Source: Mobula hypostoma | Lineage: Eukaryota | Assembly: GCF_963921235.1 (NCBI RefSeq) | Contig: NC_086097.1 | Span: forward strand, 50,842,001 to 50,906,000 | DNA length: 64,000 nt | Reading direction: 5' to 3' | In this document: one piece after another, positions 1 through 12,324 of the stretch | Layout: each line of letters begins with the position of its first letter | How positions within the stretch are numbered: the stretch's first letter is position 1 | The notes under the pieces: generated by a model | Databases searched by the model: none | What the model was told of the DNA's origin: nothing | The model's input: only the letters and a program-made list of their open reading frames with translations | Program-made: the position numbers and the translations under genes

Positions 1-620
1 CCTCTGCAAACTGCTCCAAGCACAGGGAATAATGGTTGCACACAAACCCAGCACAACCATCACAACACTCGTCTGGAGACCCAAAGATCCAACAGCCCAC
101 ATGGCTCCAAACACTATGTAGGGCAGATGAGGAGAAAACTATCCACGAGACTACATGAATATCAGCTAGACATAAGAAGACAAAATCCTCTGTCACTCAT
201 CTCAGTAATGAGGACCAAGGAGGTCACAAGTTTGTCTGGGGAATTACAAAAATCCTGGCTGACAAATCAAGAGAATTCGTAGAAGCTTGATCCTCAGTAG
301 AAGACTCTAGTAACAAGCATTTTGAAAAGGATGGAATTTATGAACCTATGCAACTGTGGGAGTGGACCCAAAAGGTGAGCCACGAGCACATGAGGAACCA
401 ACACTCATAATGACTGATAACTAGGGATATGGGCCATTGGAGACTAGCGGGCCAGCGTGGCAGCCAACCAATCAGAACAACTAGTTGGACCAATATAAAC
501 GCAAGCACTTGGCGGAAACAACAATCAATTGTGCACAGACGATGTTACAATGACTGATGATGAAATGTTTGCGACCTAACTTCCAGGCTCGGTGAACAAC
601 CTTACAAACCACCTACCAAA
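1..620 (+). mobile_element. Penelope-like element 3' remnant (GIY-YIG endonuclease end, decayed terminal repeat)
   Basis: Hand translation gives GIMVAHKP...RPKDP, KHYVGQMRRKLSTRLHEYQLDIRRQNPLSLIS and REFVEA, typical of the PLE GIY-YIG region. Frameshifts and stops are present. Confidence 0.7.
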
Positions 621-901
621 TTTTCTTTCATTTCAAATAGACAATTGTATACAATGAGATGTTCACAAGTCATAGCTCCAAACCAGTTATGCTAAGTGCA
701 ATCTGAAAGCCAATAGGTCAGTGACTTACGTTCAAATATTTTTTAAGTCAGCAGCAAAAATCAGAGATTTAATTGCTTGGACTTCTCTTGGACTTGGAAT
801 TCTAATCCCATACAGCATTTGTGTCCTTATATATTTAGTAAATACAGTACATGATCTTGTCATGAATGAGATCTCTACAATTTAAAAAAATTTGTAAAGC
901 T

Positions 902-1235
902 TTGGTAGCAGAGTAGTCAGCGTAATGCTTTGTAACGCCAGCAATCAGAAGATCAGGGTTCCAATCCCACCGCTGTCTGTAAGGAGTTTGTACATTCTCC
1001 CCATGACCTCGTGGGTTTCTTTGTGTGCTCCAGTTTCCTTTGAGGTTCCGAAGACGTACGGATTAGGTTTTGTAAGTTGTGCGCATGCTATGCTGCCGCT
1101 GGAAACATGGTGACACTTGCGAGCTGCCCACAGCACACCCTCAGACTGTTGCTCTTTGACACAAATGACACACTTCACTGTGAGTTTTGATGTACTGAGG
1201 TATGTGTGACAAACAAAGCTAATCTAATCTTTCAA
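902..1235 (+). mobile_element. tRNA-derived SINE with V-domain-like core
   Basis: Pol III A/B-box-like head (tggtagcagagtag...gggttccaatccc), core ggagtttgtacattctccccatgacctcgtgggtttc...gctccagtttcct, and an (aatct)n tail. Confidence 0.65.
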
Positions 1236-1256
1236 TCTTTGTCTAATACTCATTTG

Positions 1257-1798
1257 AAAAAGGATCTAGTACTTTCCCAGCATGTATGACAAATAAACTT
1301 GTTTGGGCTTCCAACTGGGTACAGGTATCAAATAGAACCAATGTTTCGATGACAAACTCTGCCATCTTCTTTTCTTTCTTTCTTTTTAAATCTTTTTATT
1401 GAATAAGTATACAAAAAGGTAAGCCATATAGGCACTAATACACTGTTAGAATATAATAAAATTACAGGAAATATTAATACAAAAAAAAGATACAAACAAT
1501 GTAATTTAAACATAACATACCAAGGTAACATAATAGTATACTAATTTTTATATATATATCAATAGAGAAAAGGAAAAAAAAAACCCCAAAAAAAACCCAC
1601 CGTGCAACTAACTAAAAGCAAAGCAAAGCAATGGGCTAACTTGAAACCAAACAGAGTTAAAAAACTTAAAATCACGTCCTCAATCCCAACCTCCATTAAA
1701 AACAGAAAAAAAAAACAAGAAGGGTAGCCATCTTCAATTGAAACATTGGTTATAATTGATACCTGTACCCAACTGGAAGCCTGAGAAGAGTTTATCCG
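1257..1798. mobile_element. Short palindromic Penelope-end-like insertion (family B, copy 1), interrupted by an L1 3' UTR
   Basis: Inverted arms (ggcttccaactgggtacaggtatcaa / ttgatacctgtacccaactggaagcc). Flanking direct repeat taatact(c/t)atttg at 1244-1256 and 1799-1811. Homologous to 21893-22082. Confidence 0.65.
1370..1726 (-). mobile_element. 5'-truncated L1 (3' UTR only), same family as the full-length L1 at 56-62 kb
   Basis: Aligns by eye to 56055-56401. TSD gccatcttc at 1361-1369 and 1727-1735. AATAAA plus an (AAAG)n tail on the minus strand. Confidence 0.9.
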
Positions 1799-1980
1799 TA
1801 ATACTTATTTGTTCAGAGAGACCAGCATGTGGCAAAATACATTAATACATTTGATGTTTAATAACTATAGTGTAATCATATCCCATATTCATCAGGTAGA
1901 TATTGATACAGCAGAAACCTGCTGCAAACCCAAACAGTGTGCTTCTCAGCAAATCGTCAGCATTTAACTGCTGAGAACTT

Positions 1981-2097
1981 CAAGCCCCCCCCCCCCCCCC
2001 TGCCCTCCCGGTTAAGCTCTGTGATTGATTTCCTAGTACAAGCCTCCCCCCCCCCCACCAACCCCTGCCCCCTGGTTAAGCTCTGTGATTGATTTCT
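1981..2097. repeat. Tandem duplication (~60 bp) with poly-C tracts
   Basis: caagc-(C)n-tgccc...ggttaagctctgtgattgatttc occurs twice. Confidence 0.85.
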
Positions 2098-2151
2098 TAA
2101 ATATATGTCCATGACCCTACAACAGCAAACCCATTCATTTGAAAGAAGTAA

Positions 2152-2672
2152 AGATTAGATTAGATTAGATTAAACTATATTGTCATTGTGCCGAATACAG
2201 ATACAAAGCCAATGAAATACAGTTAGCATCTGACCAGAAATGCAAAGAATAGTGTTATTTACAAAATAACTGCGAATAAAAAGTAAGTGCTACAGCACAC
2301 AAATATAAAAGTACTGAGACAGTACAATATGGGTACAATACTGCTTAGCGCTGTGATGTGAGGTTCAGCAGGGTCACAGCCTCAGGGAAGAGGCCCTTCC
2401 TGTGCCTGCTGGTGCAGGAGCAGAGGCTCCTGTTGCGCCTATTGGATGGGAGGAGAGTATGGTTAGGGTGGGATGCATCCTTGATAATGCTTTTCACCCT
2501 GCCCAGGTAGCGTTTATAGTAGATGTTCTCAATGGTGGGCAACTTGGGTGCCGATAATCTGCTGGGCAGTTTTCACCACACGCTGGAGTGCTTTGCGGTC
2601 CGATACGGGACAATTGCCATACCACACTGAGATGCAGCTGGTGAGTATGCGCTCAATGGTACAGCGGTAAAA
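2152..2672 (-). mobile_element. Rex1/Babar-like LINE 3' fragment
   Basis: ORF 2345-2542 (PTIENIY..R..SIIKDASHP...LLPSNRR.RSL...TSR) matches the Rex1-type RT C-terminus. (aatct)n tail. Confidence 0.75.
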
Positions 2673-2804
2673 CAGCTGTGAGGGAGACTATGTAAAAGAT
2701 AATGTATTGCTTTAATATTTTTAATTGTTTAAATTGATTTTGGGGAATTATTCTGTAACAATGTTTATTTTTTTAATGTCTAATTTAAATTTTATAGATT
2801 ATAC

Positions 2805-2998
2805 ATCCATAAGATACAGGAGCAGAATTAGGTGATTTTGTCCATTGAGTCTACTCCACCATTACATCATGGCTGAATTATTAACCCCCTCAACCCTATT
2901 CTCTTCTTGCCTTCTCCCTGTATGTGGCAATGAATTCCACAGATTCACCACCCTTGGACTAAAGAAATTCCTCCTCTTCTCTGTTCTAAAGGGATGTT
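2805..2998 (-). mobile_element. CR1 LINE 3' end fragment
   Basis: ccataagatacaggagcagaattagg and gaattccacagattcaccac motifs, shared with other CR1 ends in the window. Confidence 0.7.
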
Positions 2999-4049
2999 CT
3001 TCTAGAAAAATTTTTTTTGTGTTTCTGATTCAGAACCAAAGTCTTTGACACCTTATAGTATCTGAGGATGTAGCTTGGTTGGCTTTCAAAATACTTTTCC
3101 GATGTTTCATGTACAGTGTTCATTCTGGACAGACCACACGGCGACATTGTGTCACAAGGCACTGCCACCATTTAGGATTGGTAACTTATCAGCAACTTGA
3201 CACTTTTAAATTAAAAGGCAAATCATTATTTTTTTTCCATGACAACCATAATCACATAAATACTTCAGAGTTGCAGCTATATGTCCACATATGCTTAATA
3301 TGTGGACATATAACTGCAACTCTGAAGTATTTATGAATTTACAATTTTTGTAAAATGTAATGTGACAAATGGAACCTGTGTTATCCCAGAGTGCTTTGCT
3401 GATGTATTTGGATGGGAAGCTTGCAAGGGTATGTGATTTATAGCAGAGACTGTTTTGGCATTACATGATTAAAAGCAGAGAGAAAAAAAAACAGGACAAA
3501 GCTGTTGATGGAGAAGCCTCAAAGTCAAATGAGCTCATTAAAGACAAATGTAAGGGATGGAATTACTTTAAGGACATTAAGCTGATGAATTACTGGACTC
3601 TGTAAATGTGTAAAAATGATCTGTTTTCAACTGCAAGATTGAAGCTATTTACCGATGACTGAGCATACAGATTAAGACTTCCCTTGCAAGTAATAAACAC
3701 ACATATAATTTGATCTACTCTGAGTTTGTTTTAGTCCATTACTGTCTATTTAGAAGATCTAGCTGAATGGTATACAACACATACCACAGACAGTACATTC
3801 TAGCCTATCGAATCTCATCTCTGAGAATGATATAAAGATCTGTTAAGTAAACTCTGCACAACAGATATTAACTGAGACCAAAAAAAACTTATTTTGCATT
3901 TAGACAGCTCTGGGTAGTTCTGTTATAAATCAACTGTCTTAAACAAGTTTTGCAGAAAAGATAGGAAAGTGATCTGGCTCTCATTACAAAATAGCTTTAA
4001 AGATAACATTGTGAACATCTTAAGAACTACAAACTGTACTGAAAACAAA

Positions 4050-4718
4050 CAGCAGATTCAGGTTAATTGGGACTTATCAAAACCAGAGCATTTATGCCCA
4101 ATTAAGTGACTGCCACAAATAACCGAAGTTTCATGAAAAAAAGTTTAAAAGGTATAAAAAAAAAGCTGCCATTTAACTGAGCAATAAATTATGTATTTAA
4201 ATGAAATACAGAACAAATTAGAACCCTACCAATACTACTACAGGTACTATAAAACTGTGTATTAGTTTCCAATAGTTATCGATGGAAGAATTCATCCAGT
4301 GTGCAATGCCGTGTTCTTTTGATTGACTGTAAATGAACAAGATCAGTGCAGACACCTAGGGTAGTTTTTTGGCTAGTGTTAAATCTTTTTGTGGCATCCT
4401 GGCAAGAGTCTAAAATCTTTTAAAATCAAACTGAAAAACAAAATAATAAAAACCACTGATTTTTGAATTGTCATCCGTCGGCCTCATAACACAAACATGA
4501 TCAACTGACATTTTAAAACTGTTCACTCTAACTACACGCAACTGATGCTGGTTAGAAACTGCAACACTCTCCTGAGCCAATTAAGTGGTATAGTGTCCCA
4601 AACAAATGAAGGGAATCCTGGCTATTTTCTCTCTTTATTTTTGTTCTTTAAGAGTTGGCCCAAATATTGCAAGCGGCTGCCATGGTAATCCTATGGCCCA
4701 ATTAACCGGAATCTATTG
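4050..4718. mobile_element. Non-autonomous TIR DNA transposon (Tigger/pogo-like MITE)
   Basis: Imperfect ~22-bp TIRs cagcagattcaggttaattggg (4050-4071) and cccaattaaccggaatctattg (4697-4718), with subterminal ccaattaa repeats. Confidence 0.65.
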
Positions 4719-4914
4719 GTCATCTGCATCCAACTTTCAATTTAATCATGACTATCTAGTGACTACAGTTATTGCTGACAATAAGCTAGAGCTCACAGAT
4801 TTCAAAATCAGGACATTAAACATTGAAAGACCTGACCTTCAATCTAAAAATGCCGCGTTCTGTTTCTACTGACAAAAAAAGATCTATTGTCTATATTACT
4901 TTCAATATTACTTA

Positions 4915-5037
<123 letters not shown>

Positions 5038-6828
5038 CTAAAAAAAAACACAATTTTTAAGAATTATCCCCTGATTCACTTCCTTTTAATGATTCTATCC
5101 TTCAAAAATATTAAAATCATTTTTATGATATGAATTTTTTAAATCTTTTTGTTAGTTTTCAAGTTCATAAACATAATAACAATAGTGATACAAAGAGATT
5201 GGAATTACATTATTGGTAATAAACATATACAACAGAAACTACAAATAATACAAGTGTAATAGACTTCCAAACTCTTGATATAATTAATCATGAAGAAAAA
5301 AAGAAATTTAAAAAAGGATATCACAAAGAAAACACCCCCAAAAAAACAAAAAAAAGCTAAGAAAAAAGAACTAAATTACTAGACCCAAAAAAAAACAAAA
5401 CAAGGCTGAACCAATATATTAGATCAAATACATTCATTAATGTCGTCAACTCCGCTCCTCTATTCATATATTCTAAGTCAATAAAAAGGATTCAGAAAAG
5501 GACAAACTACATCATATGAAAATGTTGAATAAATGGCTTTCAAGTCTCTTCAAATTTAACCGAAGGATCAAAAATGACACTTCTTATTTTTTCTATCTTT
5601 CTTTTTATTAATTTTAAAATTATGAATAAAATAATAATAATACTAATAAACAGAGAATGGGATTACATCATTGATAACTAACATTAGCAAGTACAAATTG
5701 CTAATCATACAAGTATGCTAAATCTCCCCAACTCCAAATACAACTGAACATGGTAAAGAATAAATTTTAAAAAATTAAAAAAAGAAACCCCCAAACTAGA
5801 AAAGAAGAAAAAAAATTAAATGATGCTAAGCAAAACTAAACTAAAGTCGGGCTAACATATCACATCGTATACCATCATTAATGTTGTTAACTCCACTCCT
5901 CTATCTGTATATTTTTAGTTAAAAAAATGGGTTTTGAAAAAGGTCAAACTAAATCATATGAAAATGTTGAATAAACGGTCTCCACGTTTCTTCAAATTTA
6001 ACCAAGGGATCAGAGGTGCCACTTCTAATTTTCTCTAAATTTAAACAAGATATAGTTTGAGAAAACCATTGAAATGTAGTAGGAGGATTGACCTCTTTCC
6101 AATTCAAGAAGATAGATCTTCTAGCCATTAATGTAAGAAATGCAATCATCCGACAGGCTGAGGAGGATAAGGAACTATCTTCAATCATCGGTAACCCAAA
6201 AATTGCAGTAATGGGGTGAGGTTGTAAATCAATACACAAAACTGTAGAAATAATATCGAAGATATCTTTCCAATATTTATCCAAAGAAGAACAAGGCCAG
6301 AACATATGAGTCAAAGAAGCAACTGCGGAATGACATTTACCACAAATAGGGCTAATACGAGAATAGAAACGAGCTAATTTATCTTTAGATATATGAACCC
6401 TATGTACCACCTTATCAATGTATGTTTAGCGCATAAAGACAGATTAACTAATTGAAAGATTTTTTCCCCATTTTTCTGTAAATATATGAAATTGAAGTTC
6501 CCTTTCCCATTCAGTCTTAATTTTATCAGATATACCTGAATTTATTTTCATAATCAAATCATAAATGATTGCTATTAAACCCTTCTGATAAGGATTTAAA
6601 CCTAAAAATTTTTCCGTAATATCAAATGGATATGAAGTTGGAAATGTAGGTAGCTTAGTATTTTAAAAATTCCTAATTTGTAAATATCTGAAAAAAAATG
6701 ATTTAGGCAAATTATACTCATTAGATGACTGTTCAAAAGACATAAAACAGCTATACAAAAATAAAGCAACATACATCAAAGTTGCTGGTGAACGCAGCAG
6801 GCCAAGCAGTATCTATAGAAAGAGGCGC

Positions 6829-6864
6829 AGTCGACGTTTCAGGCCGAGACCCTTCGTCAGGACT
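6829..6864 (-). ncRNA. Minimal type I hammerhead ribozyme
   Basis: Minus strand AGTC-CTGACGA-AGG GTCTCGG CCT-GAAAC-GTC-GACT: both core boxes, stem I, stem II, palindromic ACGT stem III and a GUC cleavage triplet. Confidence 0.85.
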
Positions 6865-7569
6865 AACTGAAGGAAGAATGAGTAAGGGATTTGAAAGCTG
6901 GAGGGGGAGGGGGAGATGCAAAATGATAGGAGAAGACAGGAGGGGGAGGGATAGAGCCGAGAGCTGGACAGGTGATAGGCAAAAGGGAATACGAGAGGAT
7001 CATGGGACAGGAGGTCCGGGAAGAAAGACAAGGAGGGGGGGGTGACCCAGAGGATGGGCAAGAGGTATATTCAGAGGGACAGAGGGAGAAAAAGGAGAGT
7101 GAGAGAAAGAATGTGTGCATAAAAATGAGTAACAGATGGGGTACGAGGGGGAGGTGGGGCCTTAGCGGAAGTTAGAGAAGTCGATGTTCATGCCATCAGG
7201 TTGGAGGCTACCCAGACGGAATATAAGGTGTCGTTCCTCCAACCTGAGTGTGGCTTCATCTCTACAGTAGAGGAGGCCGTGGATAGACATGTCAGAATGG
7301 GAATGGGATGTGGAATTAAAATGTGTGGCCACTGGGAGATCCTGCTTTCTCTGGCGGACAGAGCGTAGATGTTCAGCAAAGCGGTCGCCCAGTCTGCGTC
7401 GGGTCTCACCAATATATAGAAGGCCACATCAGGAGCACTGGAGGCAGTATATCACCCCAGTCGACTCACAGGTGAAGTGATGCCTCACCTGGAAGGACTG
7501 TTTGGGGCCCTGAATGGTGGTAAGGGAGGAAGTGTAAGGGCATGTGTAGCACTTGTTCCGCTTACACGG

Positions 7570-7858
7570 ATACTGCGTCCGGTGCTCCCGATGTGGCCTT
7601 TTATATATCGGTGAGACCCGACGCAGACTGGGAAACCGCTTTGCTGAACATCTACGCTCTGTCCGCCAGAGAAAGCAGGATCTCCCAGTGGCCACACATT
7701 TTAATTCCACATCCCATTCCCATTCTGACATGTCTATCCACGGCCTCCTCTACTGTAAAGATGAAGCCACACTCAGGTTGGAGGAACAACACCTTATATT
7801 CCGTCTGGGTAGCCTCCAACCTGATGGCATGAACATCGACTTCTCTAACTTCCGCTAA
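7570..7858 (+). pseudogene. 5'-truncated PLE GIY-YIG endonuclease C-terminal fragment
   Basis: YCVRCSRCGLLYIGETRRRLGNRFAEHLRSV...VATHFN...RLEEQHLIFRLGSLQPDGMN, open to its stop but lacking a start and the RT domain. Confidence 0.85.
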
Positions 7859-8153
7859 GGCCCCACCTCCCCCTCGTACCCCATCTGTTACTCATTTTTA
7901 TGCACACATTCTTTCTCTCACTCTCCTTTTTCTCCCTCTGTCCCTCTGAATATACCTCTTGCCCATCCTCTGGGTCCCCCCCCACCTTGTCTTTCTTCCC
8001 GGACCTCCTGTCCCATGATCCTCTCGTATCCCCTTTTGCCAATCACCTGTCCAGCTCTTGGCTCTATCCCTCCCCCTCCTGTCTTCTCCTATCATTTTGG
8101 ATCTCCCCCTCCCCCTCCAACTTTCAAATCCCTTACTCACTCTTCCTTCAGTT

Positions 8154-8189
8154 AGTCCTGACGAAGGGTCTCGGCCTGAAACGTCGACT
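8154..8189 (+). ncRNA. Minimal type I hammerhead ribozyme
   Basis: agtc-ctgacga-agg gtctcgg cct-gaaac-gtc-gact. Predicted cleavage after C8185. Confidence 0.85.
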
Positions 8190-11100
8190 GCACCTCTTTC
8201 TATAGATGCTGCTTGGCCTGCTGCGTTCACCAGCAACTTTGATGTATGTTGCTTGAATTTCCAGCATCTGCAGAATTCCTGTTGTTTTTTTATACAAAAA
8301 TAAATCCCAGAAGCTTAATATACCCTTCATTTTCTATACTACAAAAGCTTGGTCTATAAGGGATGGTTGAAAGAAAAAGTTAGATATAATCGGACTCGAT
8401 AAAATAAATTGGTTCGTACCAAAAAAATTACGAAATTGAAACCATACTTGTAATGTATGTTTAATTATTGGATTAATAATTTTTTCTAAATTTAAACATG
8501 ATATAGTTTGGGAAAACCATTGAAATGTAGCAGGGGGAATTGGTCTCTTCCCAATTCAATAAAATGGATCTTCTGACCATTAATGTAACAAATGCGATCA
8601 TACAACAGGCTGAAGAGGATAAAGAACTATGTTCCATCATTGACAAACCAAAAATTGCCGTAATAGGATGGGGTTGTAAATCAAAATGCAAAACTGTTGA
8701 AATAATATCAACAATATCTTTCCAAAATTTTTCCAAGACAGGGCAGGACCAGAATATATGAGTCAAAGAAGCCACCTCAGAGTGACATTAATTAATTGAA
8801 AATCAATTAATTAAAACTAGGAGTCAATTTTATATACATGGTGATAAAACTGGGATTTTATATACATGGTGAAAAAACTGGGAAACTACTGGCTAATTAA
8901 CTGAAATCGGCTTCGGTTAAACGCCAGATTGTTAAGATTCGTAAGAAAGATGGTACTGTGACGGTTGATCATGATGAGATAAACAAATCCTTTCAAGAAT
9001 TTTATACTTCTTTATATCAATCAGAATTTTCTGATGACTCCACTTTAATGCACCAATTTTTAAGAAATTGAATATTCCAAAATTACCACCCAATGAACGT
9101 TTAAAACTAGATGCACCTATTACGGTAGAAGAAATAAAAAATGCTATTTCTTCAATGAATTCAGGTAAAGTACCTGGTCCAGACGGTTATACAGTAGAAT
9201 TTTTAAGATCCTTCTCTACTATACTTTCTCCTTGGTTACATAGAACCTTTAGGGATGCAGCATCTATAGGTAAATTACCTCAATCTTTTTAATCAAGCTT
9301 CTATTTCCCTAATTCTTAAAGATAAGGATCCTACTGAATGTGCATCTTATAGGCCTATATCTTTGCTGAATGTGGATTCTAAGCTTTTTATCTAAAATAT
9401 TGGCAATGAGACTGGAGAATGAATTGTCTCAAATTATTTCTGTTGATCAAACTGGATTTATTAAAAATCGTTACTGTTTAATATTAGGAGATTAATGAAT
9501 ATTGTTTATACTTCTTTACCTAGAACTCCAGAATGCTTTTTTTTATTAGATGCTGAGAAAGCTTTTGATAGAGTCCAATGGACATATTTATTTAATACAC
9601 TTGAGAAATTTAATTTTAGTCTGATATTTATATCTTGGATTAAATTGATATACCTTACTGCTTTGGCTTCGGTATTCACCAATAATCAAAGTCTCCCTTT
9701 TTTCAGTTATTCCGTGGTACTAGGCAGGGTTGTCCTCTTAGTCCATTATTATTCGATATTGCCCTGGAACCGTTAGCTATTGCTATTCGTGACTCACCTA
9801 ATATATTTGGTATTACCCGTGGGAATGAGATACATAAATTATCACTATATGCAGATGATTTATTATTATATATTTCTAACCCTGAGAAATCCATTCCGGC
9901 AGTATTATCTTTACATGCTCAGTTTAGTAGTTTTTCTGGTTACAAATTGAATCTTAGTAAGAGTGAACCTTTTCCATTAAATATGCAGGCTCCCATTTAT
10001 AGATGTTCACCATTTAGATTGATTACTAACTATTTTACTTATTTGTGGGTTAGAATTACTAAGAGGCGTAAGGACTTATTTAAGCTCAATTTTTTACTGT
10101 TAATTAGTCAGGTTAAACAATTGCTTACCAAATGATCCCCATTGTCTCTATCACTGATTGGCCGAATCAATGCTATTAAAATAATATGATTTAATTAGAA
10201 GTCACTTGGTAGTTATGGTCAAAAGTCAAATTTCAAAGTTCAAAGTAAATTTATTTTCAAAGAACATATACCACAGAAGCACAAATAATTCCAGTAGAAT
10301 AGAATCAAAGAAAAAGTATGCATAAAGACTGACAACCGATGTGGAAAAGTAGAGAAACTCTGCAAGTATAAAAAATAAAATAAAATAAATAATTGGTAGC
10401 TTTCTGTCGATATGCATCGAATTGCAGGTACAGTACACATGGTACTTGGAAGGGAATCTGCATAAAAACTCAACAGAGTGGAAAGGGTACAAAGAACATA
10501 ACAACAATAATAAAATTATCATGTGCCCTTATCCTTTTGGGTTTCGTTTACTTTACTTAATGTACTTAGTGCGCCAATTTAAACACACTTACCCATTCCA
10601 ACAGTACTGCTTAAAAGAGCGCATCAGTGCTCCAGACTACAGCACACGTGTGGCCCAGGCATAGACAAAAGAGCTAAATTCCAGAAAAGGGGAGGCAGAG
10701 TGGCAGCCTAGGCACGAAGGAGGTCGGGTGCAATCAAAGTCTTTGAGAATCTATACTCTATACTGGTTAGAAAATTCTCACCAAAAAGAAGATTGTTGAT
10801 CCCAAGTGCATTGCTGCAGTTGCCCCTCGGATCCGAATCATTTTTAACTACTTCCTCTTTCTTTTGATGAATGCACTGAAAATCCACTTATTACTAAGAA
10901 AGGTGAAGCAGTCCCTCCCTGAATACAGGAACAGACTTTTCTGTATTCTACGTATCGAAGATAGAGCATTGTCATTTAAATAAACAGGAGGAACTGTTAT
11001 TCTGAAAGACCCATTTTTACTCAGATTGTTTGCTGACTAATCACTCCCAATAACACTCAATTGAGCTTGGAGCCAATTCAGTTTCCATTTAAGACAGTTT

Positions 11101-12144
11101 CTGTCTTAAGACAGGAACTTCTTAGATTTATGAATAAGAAATCTGATCAGGGAACACTGTAAAATGCCAAAGCAACTGACTGAAACATTGTGATTTGAAT
11201 CAATTATTTGCTTGTTTTCTATCATATTGGTTTAGTTTTTCGTAGTGGAAAGTAATCTGTCCTGCACAAAGGATCCATGTACTTCCCGTACCCCTTTGGA
11301 AACATCGGTTCTATCATTTCTCATGACCTTCTCTGTTTTTCTGCTTACTGAATCTGAACTGCTAGTGAACAAGCTAAAGTATTAGTTATTTGATATACAC
11401 AAGTTGTACTGAAAATGTGATACTGCTTATTCAGTGGACTATTATTTTTCCAAACATTTGGTCCTTTCACCAAATGAGAAATTGAAAAGAGTGCTGTTTT
11501 GCAAAAACGAAAGGCATCATATTACTTATGATGAAAAGTTACAAAGGAAAGTCCTTCGGTAGGCAAAACGGTCATTTGAATGGATATTGTAATGCACATC
11601 AAAGAACTCTGTCGTGTATATAAGAATATTGAACGTAGATTGCTCCACCCAAAATAAAAGCACTTTTATCTTTTCTGTTTACTTTGCTAATTTAAAGGTC
11701 CCCAAATATATAAACCAAGAGTTACAAAAGAAATCTTTCTGGCGACCGGGTATGTGAAAGAAATGGCAAATTTGTAGGGCATGGGTGCAGTGGATTGTTG
11801 GGCAGGGAGGAGTGGGAATGATCAGTAGAAACGGTAATGATGTTGTGCGTAAAAAGTAAACCACGCTGGCAATGATGTGAGGACATCCAATAAATTGGGA
11901 AAGGTTATGCAACAAAGCAAAGTTCTACCTCATTTACATATCGCTTACTTTATATGTTATGGTCTTTTAGGAAAATAAGATATATTTAAACAAAGCAAAT
12001 CCGTCTAGATCAAGTCAGAGCACCAAGTCCATCTCAACAAGTACAGCAATGCCTAGAATAGGCACACCAACTTCTTAATCTATCTCAATTCGTTAATTTC
12101 TTCACGTGATGGATATTCACTCCTGGAGAATAGGCCTTTTGGTT

Positions 12145-12308
12145 GTGTAGATCACTTTGTAGAAATCTGTTTTTACTTTGACACAAAAGAGTATTTTTCT
12201 GTTGGTCAGTGTCAAAAAAAGCCAAATTAAATCCACTGTGATTCAAAATTGTAAAATAATAAAACCTGAAAACTTCCAAAGAGGATGGATACTTTTCATA
12301 GGCACTAT
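12145..12308. mobile_element. Tc1-like DNA transposon terminal fragment
   Basis: Ends ...gatacttttcataggcacta+TA, resembling the reverse complement of Tc1-type CAGTGCCT...AAAGTATTC TIRs. No partner end found. Confidence 0.55.
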
Positions 12309-12324
12309 ATAACATTGTAGGCAT

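Larger units (their letters stand above)
6766..8290. mobile_element. Penelope-like (Neptune-type) element as an inverted pair of 3' ends
   Basis: GIY-YIG C-terminus on both strands and Cys-rich linker PCKRNKCYTC...FTC. Arms 6766-7450 and 7570-8252. TSD tatacaaaaataaa at 6752-6765 and 8291-8304. Confidence 0.92.
5596..8478 (-). mobile_element. 5'-truncated L1 (copy B) nested in copy A
   Basis: ORF2 C-terminus 5949-6410 (VHRVHISKDKL..CGKC..SLTHMFWPC). TSD attttttcta at 5586-5595 and 8479-8488. Confidence 0.85.
5130..10185 (-). mobile_element. Old L1 (copy A) with 5' inversion, hosting nested insertions
   Basis: 3' UTR and ORF2 end at 5130-5595, resuming at 8479-8788 (minus). An ORF2 RT segment follows on the plus strand at 8789-10185 (PGPDGYTVEF, LDAEKAFDRV, YADD). 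Confidence 0.8.

Noticed and set aside
6782..8330. Recurrent short ORFs (MLVNAAGQA..., MSEWEWDVE..., MHTFFLSLS...), some also at 26 and 36 kb
   Set aside because: Off-frame or antisense readings of the Penelope repeat, not a gene family.
10782..10918. AG...GTGAG-bounded segment as a cryptic CDKL1 exon
   Set aside because: Contains stops, has no similarity to CDKL proteins, and the two real exons already join in frame.
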